Assembly (NCBI GenBank): GCA_964427735.1 | Contig: CAYRUS010000001.1 | Span: 453,790 to 517,789, forward strand | Length of the DNA stretch: 64,000 nucleotides | Direction of reading: 5' to 3' | Source: an uncultured Gammaproteobacteria bacterium | GTDB taxonomy: Bacteria; Patescibacteriota; Microgenomatia; UBA8517 | In this document: positions 19,729 to 28,547 of the stretch, piece by piece | How positions within the stretch are numbered: the stretch's first letter is position 1 | How the letters are laid out: each line of letters opens with the position of its first letter | Notes under the pieces: generated by a model | What the model saw: only the letters and a program-made list of their open reading frames with translations | Told to the model about the DNA's origin: nothing | Databases searched by the model: none | Translations under genes and position numbers: made by a program

Positions 19729-20775
19729 TCACTGAGGTAGGAATTCTTTGACGTTTTCTTTTGTGATAACAACTCTTTGTGCTTTTCCTTCAACCATAAG
19801 TCTGGCAGATTTTCTAACTGCAGCACCAATATTCCTTTGAAGAGTACGAATACCAGCATCAAATCCTAGTGGTCTTACAACCAGCGGCCAAACATCTTCT
19901 GCAATACTAAAGGAGTTTTCATCGATCCCAGATGACTTAAGAAGCTTTGGAAGCATGTAACGCTTACCAATTATAATTTTTTCTTGATCGGAATAACTTG
20001 GCATTGTTATTGGCTCTAACCTGTCCATGACTGCAGTAGCAATGTTATGAGTATTATTTGCAGTTGCTACAAACAAAACGTTAGAGAGATCAACAGGATA
20101 ATCAATATAATGGTCAACAAATGCAGCGTTTTGTTCTGGATCAAGAAGCTCAACTAAAACACCCATTATTGAAGACCTACCTTCTTCAGTTACTCTGTCA
20201 ATTTCGTCCAATAAAATAACAGGATTTTTTGCTTTGGAGGTCACTAATGCCTTAATTACTTTTCCAGGCTCTGCCTCTGGGTACATCTTACTTCTTCCTC
20301 GCAAATCCAAAGGATCACCCATACCTCCAAACGGGATACGGGCAAAACTTCTACCCATTGCCTCAGCTATTGATTTTGCAATTGTTGTCTTTCCTGTTCC
20401 AACAAGACCTACAAAACAAAGGATCGGAGCTCTCATAACCTCATTGCTTTCTCCTTTTTCCTGCTTAAGCTTCATTACAGCAAGATATTCAATTATCCTG
20501 TCTTTTATCTCATCAAGTCCATAATGGTAACTGTCTAAAACTTTTTTTGTATTAAGCAAGTCAAGGTTGTCTTGGGTACTTGCTTTCCAAGGGATTTGGA
20601 CTACCCAATCAATATATCTTCTTAATCGGTCAAATTCTGGTAAAAAGGTAGGGGAATCAGACATTCTAGAAAGCTGATCAATCCTTGTCACGACCTGTTC
20701 TGTAAGATCTTCTGGTACAGCTACAGAGGTAATCTTTTTTCTTAACTCTTCAAGGTCTTTTTGAATATCTGCCAT
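19729..20775 (-). CDS. Lon-type AAA+ ATPase lacking the N-domain and protease domain
   Basis: HYGLDEIKDRIIEYLAV, Walker A GLVGTGKTT, NPVILLDEIDR, LLDPEQN.FVDHY; ends before the Ser-Lys protease domain. Confidence 0.9.
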   Translation of the reverse strand: MADIQKDLEELRKKITSVAVPEDLTEQVVTRIDQLSRMSDSPTFLPEFDRLRRYIDWVVQIPWKASTQDNLDLLNTKKVLDSYHYGLDEIKDRIIEYLAVMKLKQEKGESNEVMRAPILCFVGLVGTGKTTIAKSIAEAMGRSFARIPFGGMGDPLDLRGRSKMYPEAEPGKVIKALVTSKAKNPVILLDEIDRVTEEGRSSIMGVLVELLDPEQNAAFVDHYIDYPVDLSNVLFVATANNTHNIATAVMDRLEPITMPSYSDQEKIIIGKRYMLPKLLKSSGIDENSFSIAEDVWPLVVRPLGFDAGIRTLQRNIGAAVRKSARLMVEGKAQRVVITKENVKEFLPQ

Positions 20776-20791
20776 ATATTTATCTTACATT

Positions 20792-20826
20792 ACTAAGTTA
20801 GAAGTTGAAAGTTAGAAGATAAGTTT
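20792..20826. repeat. Degenerate 7-bp tandem repeat (TAGAAGT)x5
   Basis: ACTAAGT TAGAAGT TGAAAGT TAGAAGA TAAGTTT. Confidence 0.65.
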
Positions 20827-20836
20827 ATTTGCAATA

Positions 20837-21691
20837 TTAAGTTCTTAAAATTAATACTCCCAGAAATACAATTAGTGATCCTATAAACTTTTTAATTAAA
20901 TTTGATCTTTCTTTAAGTAGTATATAGGCAAATACCACAGTCAGAACTATTGATGACTGACTTATCGGAGCTATCTGTGAAGCTTCTCCACCTGTTTGAT
21001 ATGCCAAAAAAATAGTAACAGCGGATATTGCATAAAAAATACTAGCAGCTAACAGACTCACTAAGCTTTTTTTATTCTTATAAGAACCGAGATCTTTTAC
21101 TAATGATGGCTGAAAAATTAAAACCATTAAAGAGGGGAATATAAATGCTAAGACCATGTAGGAAGGAACATCGTCAAAATAATTCACCAAATATGCATCA
21201 TTTGTAAATGCTATACCGTAAAAGACAGCAGCTAAAATTGCATATAAATACCCTTTATTTATATTCCACACTTTTTTCTTCCAAGTAACTACGATCACAC
21301 CAAAAACCACTAGGAACGTACCGAAGAGACGGGACATAGTTATAACTTCACCCAAAAATAAGGCTGCAGTTAATACTGTCCAAATACTTTTAGTAGAGCT
21401 TATAACAGCAACCTCAGAAGCCTCTGACAGTTTAAGTGATTTAAACAATGATAAATTTCCAAGTGCATAAAGAAGACTCATTAAAATAAGGTGGGGCAAA
21501 ACAGGTAGAAGCGGTGGAATATTAAAACCGTAAATTAAAACATAAACTACAAAAAGAGACGATACAAAAAGTTGAAAAACAAAAGCATAAGCAACAGGAC
21601 TACTTTGTTCTTCCCTCAATAATGCTCTTTGTAATATGGATGTTAATGAGAAAGATACAGTACTTATTAATACTAAACTTAACCAATCCAT
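20837..21691 (-). CDS. EamA/DMT family transporter
   Basis: About 10 TMs in two repeats; AALFLGE and YILLKER. Confidence 0.88.
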   Translation of the reverse strand: MDWLSLVLISTVSFSLTSILQRALLREEQSSPVAYAFVFQLFVSSLFVVYVLIYGFNIPPLLPVLPHLILMSLLYALGNLSLFKSLKLSEASEVAVISSTKSIWTVLTAALFLGEVITMSRLFGTFLVVFGVIVVTWKKKVWNINKGYLYAILAAVFYGIAFTNDAYLVNYFDDVPSYMVLAFIFPSLMVLIFQPSLVKDLGSYKNKKSLVSLLAASIFYAISAVTIFLAYQTGGEASQIAPISQSSIVLTVVFAYILLKERSNLIKKFIGSLIVFLGVLILRT

Positions 21692-21753
21692 TTAATAATT
21701 ATAAGTAATTTTAAAGTAAATTAGAAATATGCTCTGAAGATAACTAAAATAAC

Positions 21754-24033
21754 TTACTCCTCATCCATCAATCTACTCGTGGGGAAGTGAGGGCCTGAAG
21801 ATTGCCCGCCTCTATTACCACTTCTTCTGCCTCTGTCTCCTCCTCGACCGCCTCTTCTGTCACGTCCGCGTCCACCTCGTCCTCTATCACCGCCTCTTCT
21901 ATCGCGTCCACCACGATTACCTCCACCATCACCATCTCGAGATGGCTTTTTCTTATCGTATTCTGGATCCATTACCATCGAGAGGTTGATTCTTCCCATA
22001 GAGTCAATCTCTTTTACTCTTACTTGGACTTTGTCTCCAATGCTTACAACATCTTCAGGGTTTTTGACATACTCCTCGCTCATATCCGAAACATGGACAA
22101 GTCCATCTTTCCCCGGAAGTACCTCCACAAATGCTCCAAACGGTTGTATCCTTACTACTTCACCATCATAGATTTCTCCTGGTTCCACTTCCTTTGTAAT
22201 GTTTTCAACCGCTTGAATCGCAGCCTGCATCTCATCTTTATGAGCTGCAGAGATAAAGACAGTACCATCATCCTCAACATCAACATCTGCACCTGTGCTG
22301 GCGATTATACCTTTAATTGTTTTACCCCCTGGACCAATTAGCTCACCTATTTTTGCAGGGTCAATTTTGATGACTTTTATCTTTGGAGCATAAGCCGACA
22401 ACTCTTCTTTTGGTTGGTCAATTGCTTTTAGCATCACATCCAAAATTTCAAGCCTTGCTTTCTTTGCTTGATCCAGTGCAGCTTTAAGAATCTTTCTGGT
22501 TAATTTAAGAGTCTTAACATCTAATTGAATTGCTGTTACACCATCTTTCGTACCTGCGACTTTAAAGTCCATGTCCCCATTTCCATCCTCTAGCCCTACA
22601 ATATCTGTTAATACAACAAAATTATCCTCATCCTCAACTACAAGACCCATTGCTATACCAGACACAGGAGTCTTAATCGGAACACCAGCATCCATTAAGG
22701 ACAAGCTAGAACCACAAGTTGCTGCCATAGAGGTTGAACCGTTAGAAGACAGAATTTCTGTAACAACCCTAATCATATAAGGAAAATCGTCCTGGCTAGG
22801 GATTACCGGTTGTAATGCCCTTTCTGCTAAAGCTCCATGACCAATTTCTCGTCTACCTGGCCAACCTATTCTGCCTGTTTCTCCAACAGATGAAGGTGGA
22901 TGTGAATAATGATGTAAATATCGTTTTGTTTCCTCTCCTTCTGCTGATTCAATAGCTAGTTCCAAACTAGGTGCACCAAGCGTAGTGATAGTTAAAGCTT
23001 GGGTTAATCCTCTTTGAAAAATAGCTGAACCGTGTGTTCGTGGAAGTACTGAAACCTTTGCAGATAATTCTCTTAATTTATCGGATTTTCTACCATCAGG
23101 TCTTTTTCCTTTAAGAAGCATCTCTCTAACTTTCTGACTAAAGATTTTCTCTACTGTCTTTCCTGCTTCTGGTCGTTCTGCCTCATCAATAGTTTCAGCA
23201 ATTGCCTTCTTAAGATCTGCAAAATCCCCATAACCAGCTTCTTTGGTTGCCATTTTGCCAATCATGTCGTCTATTTGCTTTCCAAAATCCTTTTTGATTT
23301 GTTTCTCAAGATCTTTGTTTACTTCCTCTTTTGGCATTGGTTCTTTTTTGACCCCTGCTTCTTTTGCAAAGTCCTTTATAAAGGAGATTAAGTTTGCAAT
23401 TTCACCTTCTGCCACCTCGATTCCAGATAAAATATCTTCTTCAGACACTTCATTCGCACCTGCCTCAAGCATGACGATTGCATCTTTTATTCCTGAAACA
23501 ATTAAGTCCATATCTGAATTCTCTAAAGTTGATACAAGAGGGCTAACCTCATACTTGCCATCATTCCTTCCAACTCTCACAATCCCCACAGGTCCTTTCC
23601 ATGGAATTGGGGAAACCTCAATTGCAGCTGAAGCAGCTATCGCAGCGACCATATCCGGCGCATTTTCGCCATCAATAGAAAGAACAGTTAACACAACCTG
23701 AACTTCCTTTTTATAATTTTCTGGGAACAGAGGTCGAATTGATCTATCAATAACTCTAGCAGTTAAAATTTCATCATCAGAAGGTTTTCCTTCACGCTTT
23801 ACCCATCTACTTCCTTTAATTCTTCCTCCAGCGTAAAGCTTTTCTTGATATTCAACAGATAGAGGGAAATAACCTAAGTCTTGTGACAAGGGGCTTGCCA
23901 CAACCGTAGCCATCACAACAGTCTCTCCATAAGTTGCCATTACAGCTCCACTGGTTTGATATGCAATATGCCCTGTTTCGATAGTTAAGTTTCTTCCGTT
24001 TAACTCTATTGTCTTTTTTACGTTCTTTATCAT
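21754..24033 (-). CDS. pnp: Polyribonucleotide nucleotidyltransferase
   Basis: Two RNase PH domains (RREIGHG, SNGSTSMA, GDMDFKVAGT), KH (IGPGGKTIK), S1, RGG-rich tail. Confidence 0.98.
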   Translation of the reverse strand: MIKNVKKTIELNGRNLTIETGHIAYQTSGAVMATYGETVVMATVVASPLSQDLGYFPLSVEYQEKLYAGGRIKGSRWVKREGKPSDDEILTARVIDRSIRPLFPENYKKEVQVVLTVLSIDGENAPDMVAAIAASAAIEVSPIPWKGPVGIVRVGRNDGKYEVSPLVSTLENSDMDLIVSGIKDAIVMLEAGANEVSEEDILSGIEVAEGEIANLISFIKDFAKEAGVKKEPMPKEEVNKDLEKQIKKDFGKQIDDMIGKMATKEAGYGDFADLKKAIAETIDEAERPEAGKTVEKIFSQKVREMLLKGKRPDGRKSDKLRELSAKVSVLPRTHGSAIFQRGLTQALTITTLGAPSLELAIESAEGEETKRYLHHYSHPPSSVGETGRIGWPGRREIGHGALAERALQPVIPSQDDFPYMIRVVTEILSSNGSTSMAATCGSSLSLMDAGVPIKTPVSGIAMGLVVEDEDNFVVLTDIVGLEDGNGDMDFKVAGTKDGVTAIQLDVKTLKLTRKILKAALDQAKKARLEILDVMLKAIDQPKEELSAYAPKIKVIKIDPAKIGELIGPGGKTIKGIIASTGADVDVEDDGTVFISAAHKDEMQAAIQAVENITKEVEPGEIYDGEVVRIQPFGAFVEVLPGKDGLVHVSDMSEEYVKNPEDVVSIGDKVQVRVKEIDSMGRINLSMVMDPEYDKKKPSRDGDGGGNRGGRDRRGGDRGRGGRGRDRRGGRGGDRGRRSGNRGGQSSGPHFPTSRLMDEE

Positions 24034-24036
24034 GTA

Positions 24037-24306
24037 TTATTTTTTCAATCCTAGAGATTCAATGAGGTTTTTATACCTATCCTCTGCCTGCCTTTGGAGG
24101 TAAGCTAGAAGTCTTCTCCTTTTTGCCACCATACTTAAAAGTCCACGTTTAGAATGAATATCCTTTGAGTGTTCCTTGAGGTGCGATGTTAATTTATTTA
24201 TCTGTGCAGTTAAAAGTGCAATTTGTACTTCAGGAGAACCTGTGTCTCCTTTTCCCTGCGCATATTTTTTAATAATTTGTTGTTTCTCGTCCTTTGATAA
24301 TGCCAT
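24037..24306 (-). CDS. rpsO: 30S ribosomal protein S15
   Basis: [23 protein letters not shown]. Confidence 0.98.
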   Translation of the reverse strand: MALSKDEKQQIIKKYAQGKGDTGSPEVQIALLTAQINKLTSHLKEHSKDIHSKRGLLSMVAKRRRLLAYLQRQAEDRYKNLIESLGLKK

Positions 24307-24381
24307 AATATTGTCATGCGTTTCCTAGTTTACGGTCGGACATTCAGCAAACCAAGATAGCACCGAATTGGTATTTTAACA
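24307..24381 (-). promoter_or_regulatory. rpsO promoter and structured leader (candidate S15 autoregulatory site)
   Basis: TGTTAAAAT -10; stem TCTTGGTTT...AAACTAGGA in a ~60-nt leader. Confidence 0.5.
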
Positions 24382-24403
24382 CTGTTGCTTACAAAACTCA
24401 ACT

Positions 24404-24895
24404 TTATTCTATTCTTGAGTAACCTTCAATCCCCAACTCTCTCATATTGGAAAAATGTTTAAGGATGACTTGTCCACGGATGACTTGTAATAATGAATCA
24501 ATAGTCTCTTCCGAGCGAAACTTGAAAATAGGATCTCTATTTCCCATATACGTTTCTTCTACTAATGCCATCAGAAAACTAATTCTTTTTACGAAGCCAT
24601 CTCCACCTCTAGAGCTGTAAAAACTCTGAAATTCTTTAATGATTTGATTCCTTTTTTCTCTATAATTTTCATCTATTATTAGATTTTGATCATAATCCCC
24701 CATTTGCTTTTTCATTAAATTACAAACATCTTGTATCTTTTCAGCCAAATCAGAACTTAAAGAGTCCGTTACCACTAATTGAGTACCCAAATCACCTAAA
24801 ACATCTAATATTTGATAAGGCGATAGTTCATGGAGAATCTCTACAACATATTCGTATGCGACATCTTCTGCAGATTTATTTCTTTCTTCAATCAT
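24404..24895 (-). CDS. Orphan hypothetical protein
   Basis: 163-aa ORF inserted between the DHH-like gene and rpsO. Confidence 0.65.
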   Translation of the reverse strand: MIEERNKSAEDVAYEYVVEILHELSPYQILDVLGDLGTQLVVTDSLSSDLAEKIQDVCNLMKKQMGDYDQNLIIDENYREKRNQIIKEFQSFYSSRGGDGFVKRISFLMALVEETYMGNRDPIFKFRSEETIDSLLQVIRGQVILKHFSNMRELGIEGYSRIE

Positions 24896-24968
24896 ATTTC
24901 TGCTGTTTAGGCAATTTTAAAATAATTGGTTTTAAAAATAAAGAGCAGATTTTACAGAAGATAATACT

Positions 24969-25820
24969 TTAACTAACAGTAGTACCTTTATAAATCTTTG
25001 GTCCTGACCAATCTTTTGGAGGTTTTTCTTCTTCTATATTCTCTCCTGGGATTGATCCCGGAGGATAATTTTCTCTGCTTGGCATTTGTGGAGCAGGTAG
25101 TCTTCTTCCACCTACCTGCATCAAATTTGCCATAGCAGAAAAAGTTTCAGCAGTAACATTTTCTGTATTGAAATTATTGCTTCCTTCTTCAATTCCTGCA
25201 ATTAAATTTGTTGCTATGTCTTCATTTAAATTTAAGTTGTTAGTTTTAATATAACGAGCAACGAGTTCAGATACTGACGAAGCTGGACTTGCCAAAGAAA
25301 TTATATTTTGTTTAGCTTGATCAAGCGCATTAATCCCGATATGAACTAAACGCAGATTAGCAAACTCCTTTTTCTGTAAGTCTGGGAAACTATCCATTGA
25401 GCTACCTCCAATTAAAATAATAGTATCTGCAGAGACACCAGAGTATTTAATCTCTACTTGTTCACGTTTCGGAGCTTGAGCCGAATTCACAGGAGCAATT
25501 GTAAGATAGATCTCACCATTTTCAATATCATAACTGACTCTATCAATATCCTCGGGTCTATAATTATTTAATTTAATAACTAAGTTTTTATTACCTGTTT
25601 CTTCTTGAACTTTGTTAACTCCAACAAGTCGATTGTACTCAACAAGCATTGGAGAAGGAGAGGATATTGAAATATTTTTATTATCCTGTAATGCAAGATA
25701 CAACGAAAGTCCTGCAGCAACTTGATCCAAAGATGGTTCCTTCGGAAGAAGCACCAAGACTGACTTGCTTTCTTCTAGTACTGAGTTTAGAGAATTGTCC
25801 ATAGTTATGTTTAAGGGCAA
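24969..25820 (-). CDS. Degenerate DHH/NrnA-like protein
   Basis: PSLDQVAAGLSL, SSVSELV, IATNLIAGI...NF; DHH motif replaced by HIGIN; downstream of infB. The start may be ATG ~25802. Confidence 0.75.
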   Translation of the reverse strand: MPLNITMDNSLNSVLEESKSVLVLLPKEPSLDQVAAGLSLYLALQDNKNISISSPSPMLVEYNRLVGVNKVQEETGNKNLVIKLNNYRPEDIDRVSYDIENGEIYLTIAPVNSAQAPKREQVEIKYSGVSADTIILIGGSSMDSFPDLQKKEFANLRLVHIGINALDQAKQNIISLASPASSVSELVARYIKTNNLNLNEDIATNLIAGIEEGSNNFNTENVTAETFSAMANLMQVGGRRLPAPQMPSRENYPPGSIPGENIEEEKPPKDWSGPKIYKGTTVS

Positions 25821-25822
25821 GT

Positions 25823-27217
25823 TTACTTTTCGACCGATAGTATCATACTACCGGCATCAAAATCAAGTTGAGGATCAAAAATCACTCCAAATTCTTCGCC
25901 TTGTTTAGCCACACGAATTTCTTCTTTGCCTCTTCTTAGTGATGTAACTTTTGCTTCTCCCAACTCCTCACCTTCGCTACTAAATATTACTATTTTATCC
26001 CCAGAGGATATTTGTCCTTGCACAACCTTACCTCCTGCAACTATTTTGTTATTATAGGGAAATGTATCTAAAACTTCTGCTCTTCCAATAATTTTTGTTT
26101 GACCCTCTTCGTAAATCTTTTTTAATTCTTCAAAAAGCTCATAAATAATTTTATGTTTTTTTATCTCAACACCTTCATTGTCAGCTGCTTTTTCTATCTG
26201 CTTGGAAACCTTAACATCTAGTGCAAAAACACTAGCATTTGAGGTTTTTGCAAGTAAAATATCTGTTTCAGTCACATCTCCAACACCTGAATGTATTACA
26301 ACAGCAAACTCAGGCAAACCAGCAACAGCCGCTTCTACAAAACCAGTGTTTGAAGCCTTTATGATCACTGGCAGTTTATTTTCTTCTATTTCACCTTTAA
26401 AACCTAAATTTTTTTTGTCTTTATTCTCATAAGGTTTTTGGGTAACCAATGCACCAACATCTGGAAGTTCTCTAAAACCCAAAACTTTTGCAGCAAATCC
26501 TGGCTTAACTTCTTTAATTTGCTTTTGCATTTCATCATAGATTGCTCTTACTCTAGCCATTTCTTTCCCTGCATAAACTTCTTGTCCTGCTTTTAGAACT
26601 CCATTTCTTACCACTAGGTTTACAGTAGGTCCACCTTTTTCCATAGCTGTTTCAATTACTACGGCTTCTAAATCTCCTTTTAGATCACCTTTAATTTCAT
26701 TTACTTCTGAGACTAAACTTATCATTTCCAGTAAGTTTTCTACCCCTTCGCCTGTTTTAGCAGATACTTCAACAAAAGGTGTATCTCCTCCTCTTCCTTC
26801 GAAAAGAACTTCTTCTTTTTCAAGATCACCTAGAACAGCCTGGACATTTGACTCTGGTAAATCTATCTTTGTAACTGCAACTATAAAAGGAATTTCTGCT
26901 TTTTTAATATGTTTTAGTGCTTCTATTGTCTGCGGTTTTGCACCTTCATTTGCCGCTACTACTAAAACCGCAATATCAGCTACTTTTGCTCCTCTTGAAC
27001 GCATTGATTCAAAAGCCGCATGCCCTGGAGTATCTATAAAAGTTATTTTTTCACCTTCTTTTGTTTTTATTGTTGAAGCACCAATTCCTTGAGTTATTCC
27101 TCCTGCTTCCCTTTCTTGGACTTTGGTTTTGCGAATATAATCAAGAAGTGTAGTCTTCCCATGATCTACATGTCCAAGTATAGTTACGATTGGTGGTCTT
27201 TTTTCTAGGTTTGCCAT
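25823..27217 (-). CDS. infB: Translation initiation factor IF-2 (no N-terminal domain)
   Basis: RPPIVTILGHVDHGKTTLLD, EAGGITQ, DTPGHAAF. Confidence 0.97.
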   Translation of the reverse strand: MANLEKRPPIVTILGHVDHGKTTLLDYIRKTKVQEREAGGITQGIGASTIKTKEGEKITFIDTPGHAAFESMRSRGAKVADIAVLVVAANEGAKPQTIEALKHIKKAEIPFIVAVTKIDLPESNVQAVLGDLEKEEVLFEGRGGDTPFVEVSAKTGEGVENLLEMISLVSEVNEIKGDLKGDLEAVVIETAMEKGGPTVNLVVRNGVLKAGQEVYAGKEMARVRAIYDEMQKQIKEVKPGFAAKVLGFRELPDVGALVTQKPYENKDKKNLGFKGEIEENKLPVIIKASNTGFVEAAVAGLPEFAVVIHSGVGDVTETDILLAKTSNASVFALDVKVSKQIEKAADNEGVEIKKHKIIYELFEELKKIYEEGQTKIIGRAEVLDTFPYNNKIVAGGKVVQGQISSGDKIVIFSSEGEELGEAKVTSLRRGKEEIRVAKQGEEFGVIFDPQLDFDAGSMILSVEK

Positions 27218-27276
27218 GATTAAAATAAAATTTATCTTTCATCTGACTGTCATTTATATGATACATGATATATAAA

Positions 27277-28443
27277 TCAAGTCTCATCAACCGATTGATT
27301 AAGAGCAGCCTGATCCTCACCTGTTGATTCTTTGCTTTCTTTAACTTCCTTCTTTTCTTCTGTTTCTATCATTGATTCAACTTTTTTGATGTCGTCATCT
27401 GGCTGTGCCTCTGTTTCTTCGTTTTCTGCTTCGACTTCTTTATCTTCAACCTTTTCGCTGTCAATACTTTCTACCTCAATTCTCCAACCCGTAAGACTTG
27501 CAGCTAATCTTGCATTTTGTCCATCCTTACCAATTGCTAAAGAAAGCTGATCTTCTGTTGTTTTTACTGTTGCTGTTTTTGTTTCTTCATCCAATGAAAC
27601 TGTTACACCTTGAGCAGGAGCAAGAGAAGCTTTTATAAGCTCTGTTATTTCTTCATTCCATGGAATAATATCTACTCTTTCTCCTCCTAATTCGTTTGTC
27701 ACAGCTTGTACTCGCACTCCTTTTTGTCCTACACAAGATCCAACAGGATCAACTCCAGACTGATCTGAATAAACTGCTACTTTGGTACGTACTCCAGGAT
27801 CTCTGGCAATTGCCTGTATTTTTACAGCTCCTGAACCAATTTCTGGAACCTCCCTTGCAAAGAGTTGAGCTACAAATTCTTTGTCTGCACGAGATAATAT
27901 GATTTCTTTACCTCTTGGAGTTTCTTCTATTTCTTTGAAAAGAAAGGTTAATCTCTGATTTGGAGCAAGATGCTCATTTGGAATTCTTTCCTCAACAGGC
28001 ATTATTCCTTCAGCTTTGCCAAGATCAACTCGAACATTAGGACCATCAAATCTTAAAACTGTCCCTGAAATTAACCCTCCAACTCTTTGGCTATATTCAT
28101 CCATAACAGAAGCTTTCTCTGCTTCGCGAATTTTCTGGTGAATAACCTGCTTGGCAGTTTGAGCTGCAATGCGGCCAAACCCCGGAGGGGTAACGTCTTC
28201 TGGTTCTCCTTCTTGGCCTTCATCAGGAAGCTGGTAAACTCTTGCTTCACCAGTTACCTCATCTAACTCTACGTCAAATTCAACTTCTTCTACGTCTTCA
28301 CCGCGGTCTCTTGCATCTCTTTTGTAAGCAGCAATTATTGCTTGCTTTATGGTGTCTACAATCACGTCAGCATCTAAGCCACGCTCTGTTGCAATGGCTT
28401 TTAATGCTTGTGAAAATTCTGTTCTTGCTGTTTTTCCTGCCAT
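27277..28443 (-). CDS. nusA: Transcription termination factor NusA
   Basis: FGRIAAQTAKQVI, ARDPGVRTKVAV, GSCVGQKGVR, SLAIGKDGQNARLA. Confidence 0.98.
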   Translation of the reverse strand: MAGKTARTEFSQALKAIATERGLDADVIVDTIKQAIIAAYKRDARDRGEDVEEVEFDVELDEVTGEARVYQLPDEGQEGEPEDVTPPGFGRIAAQTAKQVIHQKIREAEKASVMDEYSQRVGGLISGTVLRFDGPNVRVDLGKAEGIMPVEERIPNEHLAPNQRLTFLFKEIEETPRGKEIILSRADKEFVAQLFAREVPEIGSGAVKIQAIARDPGVRTKVAVYSDQSGVDPVGSCVGQKGVRVQAVTNELGGERVDIIPWNEEITELIKASLAPAQGVTVSLDEETKTATVKTTEDQLSLAIGKDGQNARLAASLTGWRIEVESIDSEKVEDKEVEAENEETEAQPDDDIKKVESMIETEEKKEVKESKESTGEDQAALNQSVDET

Positions 28444-28451
28444 GATTTAAT

Positions 28452-28478
28452 AAAAAAGGCGGACTTATCGCCCACCTC
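28452..28478 (-). terminator. rimP-leader-like terminator hairpin directly upstream of nusA
   Basis: Minus strand: GAGGTGGGC-GATAA-GTCCGCCTT-TTTT. Confidence 0.75.
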
Positions 28479-28498
28479 ACAATCAAATTACCTTTAAT

Positions 28499-28527
28499 AT
28501 TTTACTTCAAAGCTGTTTTTAAGTCAA
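28499..28527 (-). promoter_or_regulatory. sigma70 promoter of nusA-infB
   Basis: TTGACT-17 bp-TAAAAT. Confidence 0.8.
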
Positions 28528-28547
28528 ACTTGTATTAAAATTAAATC

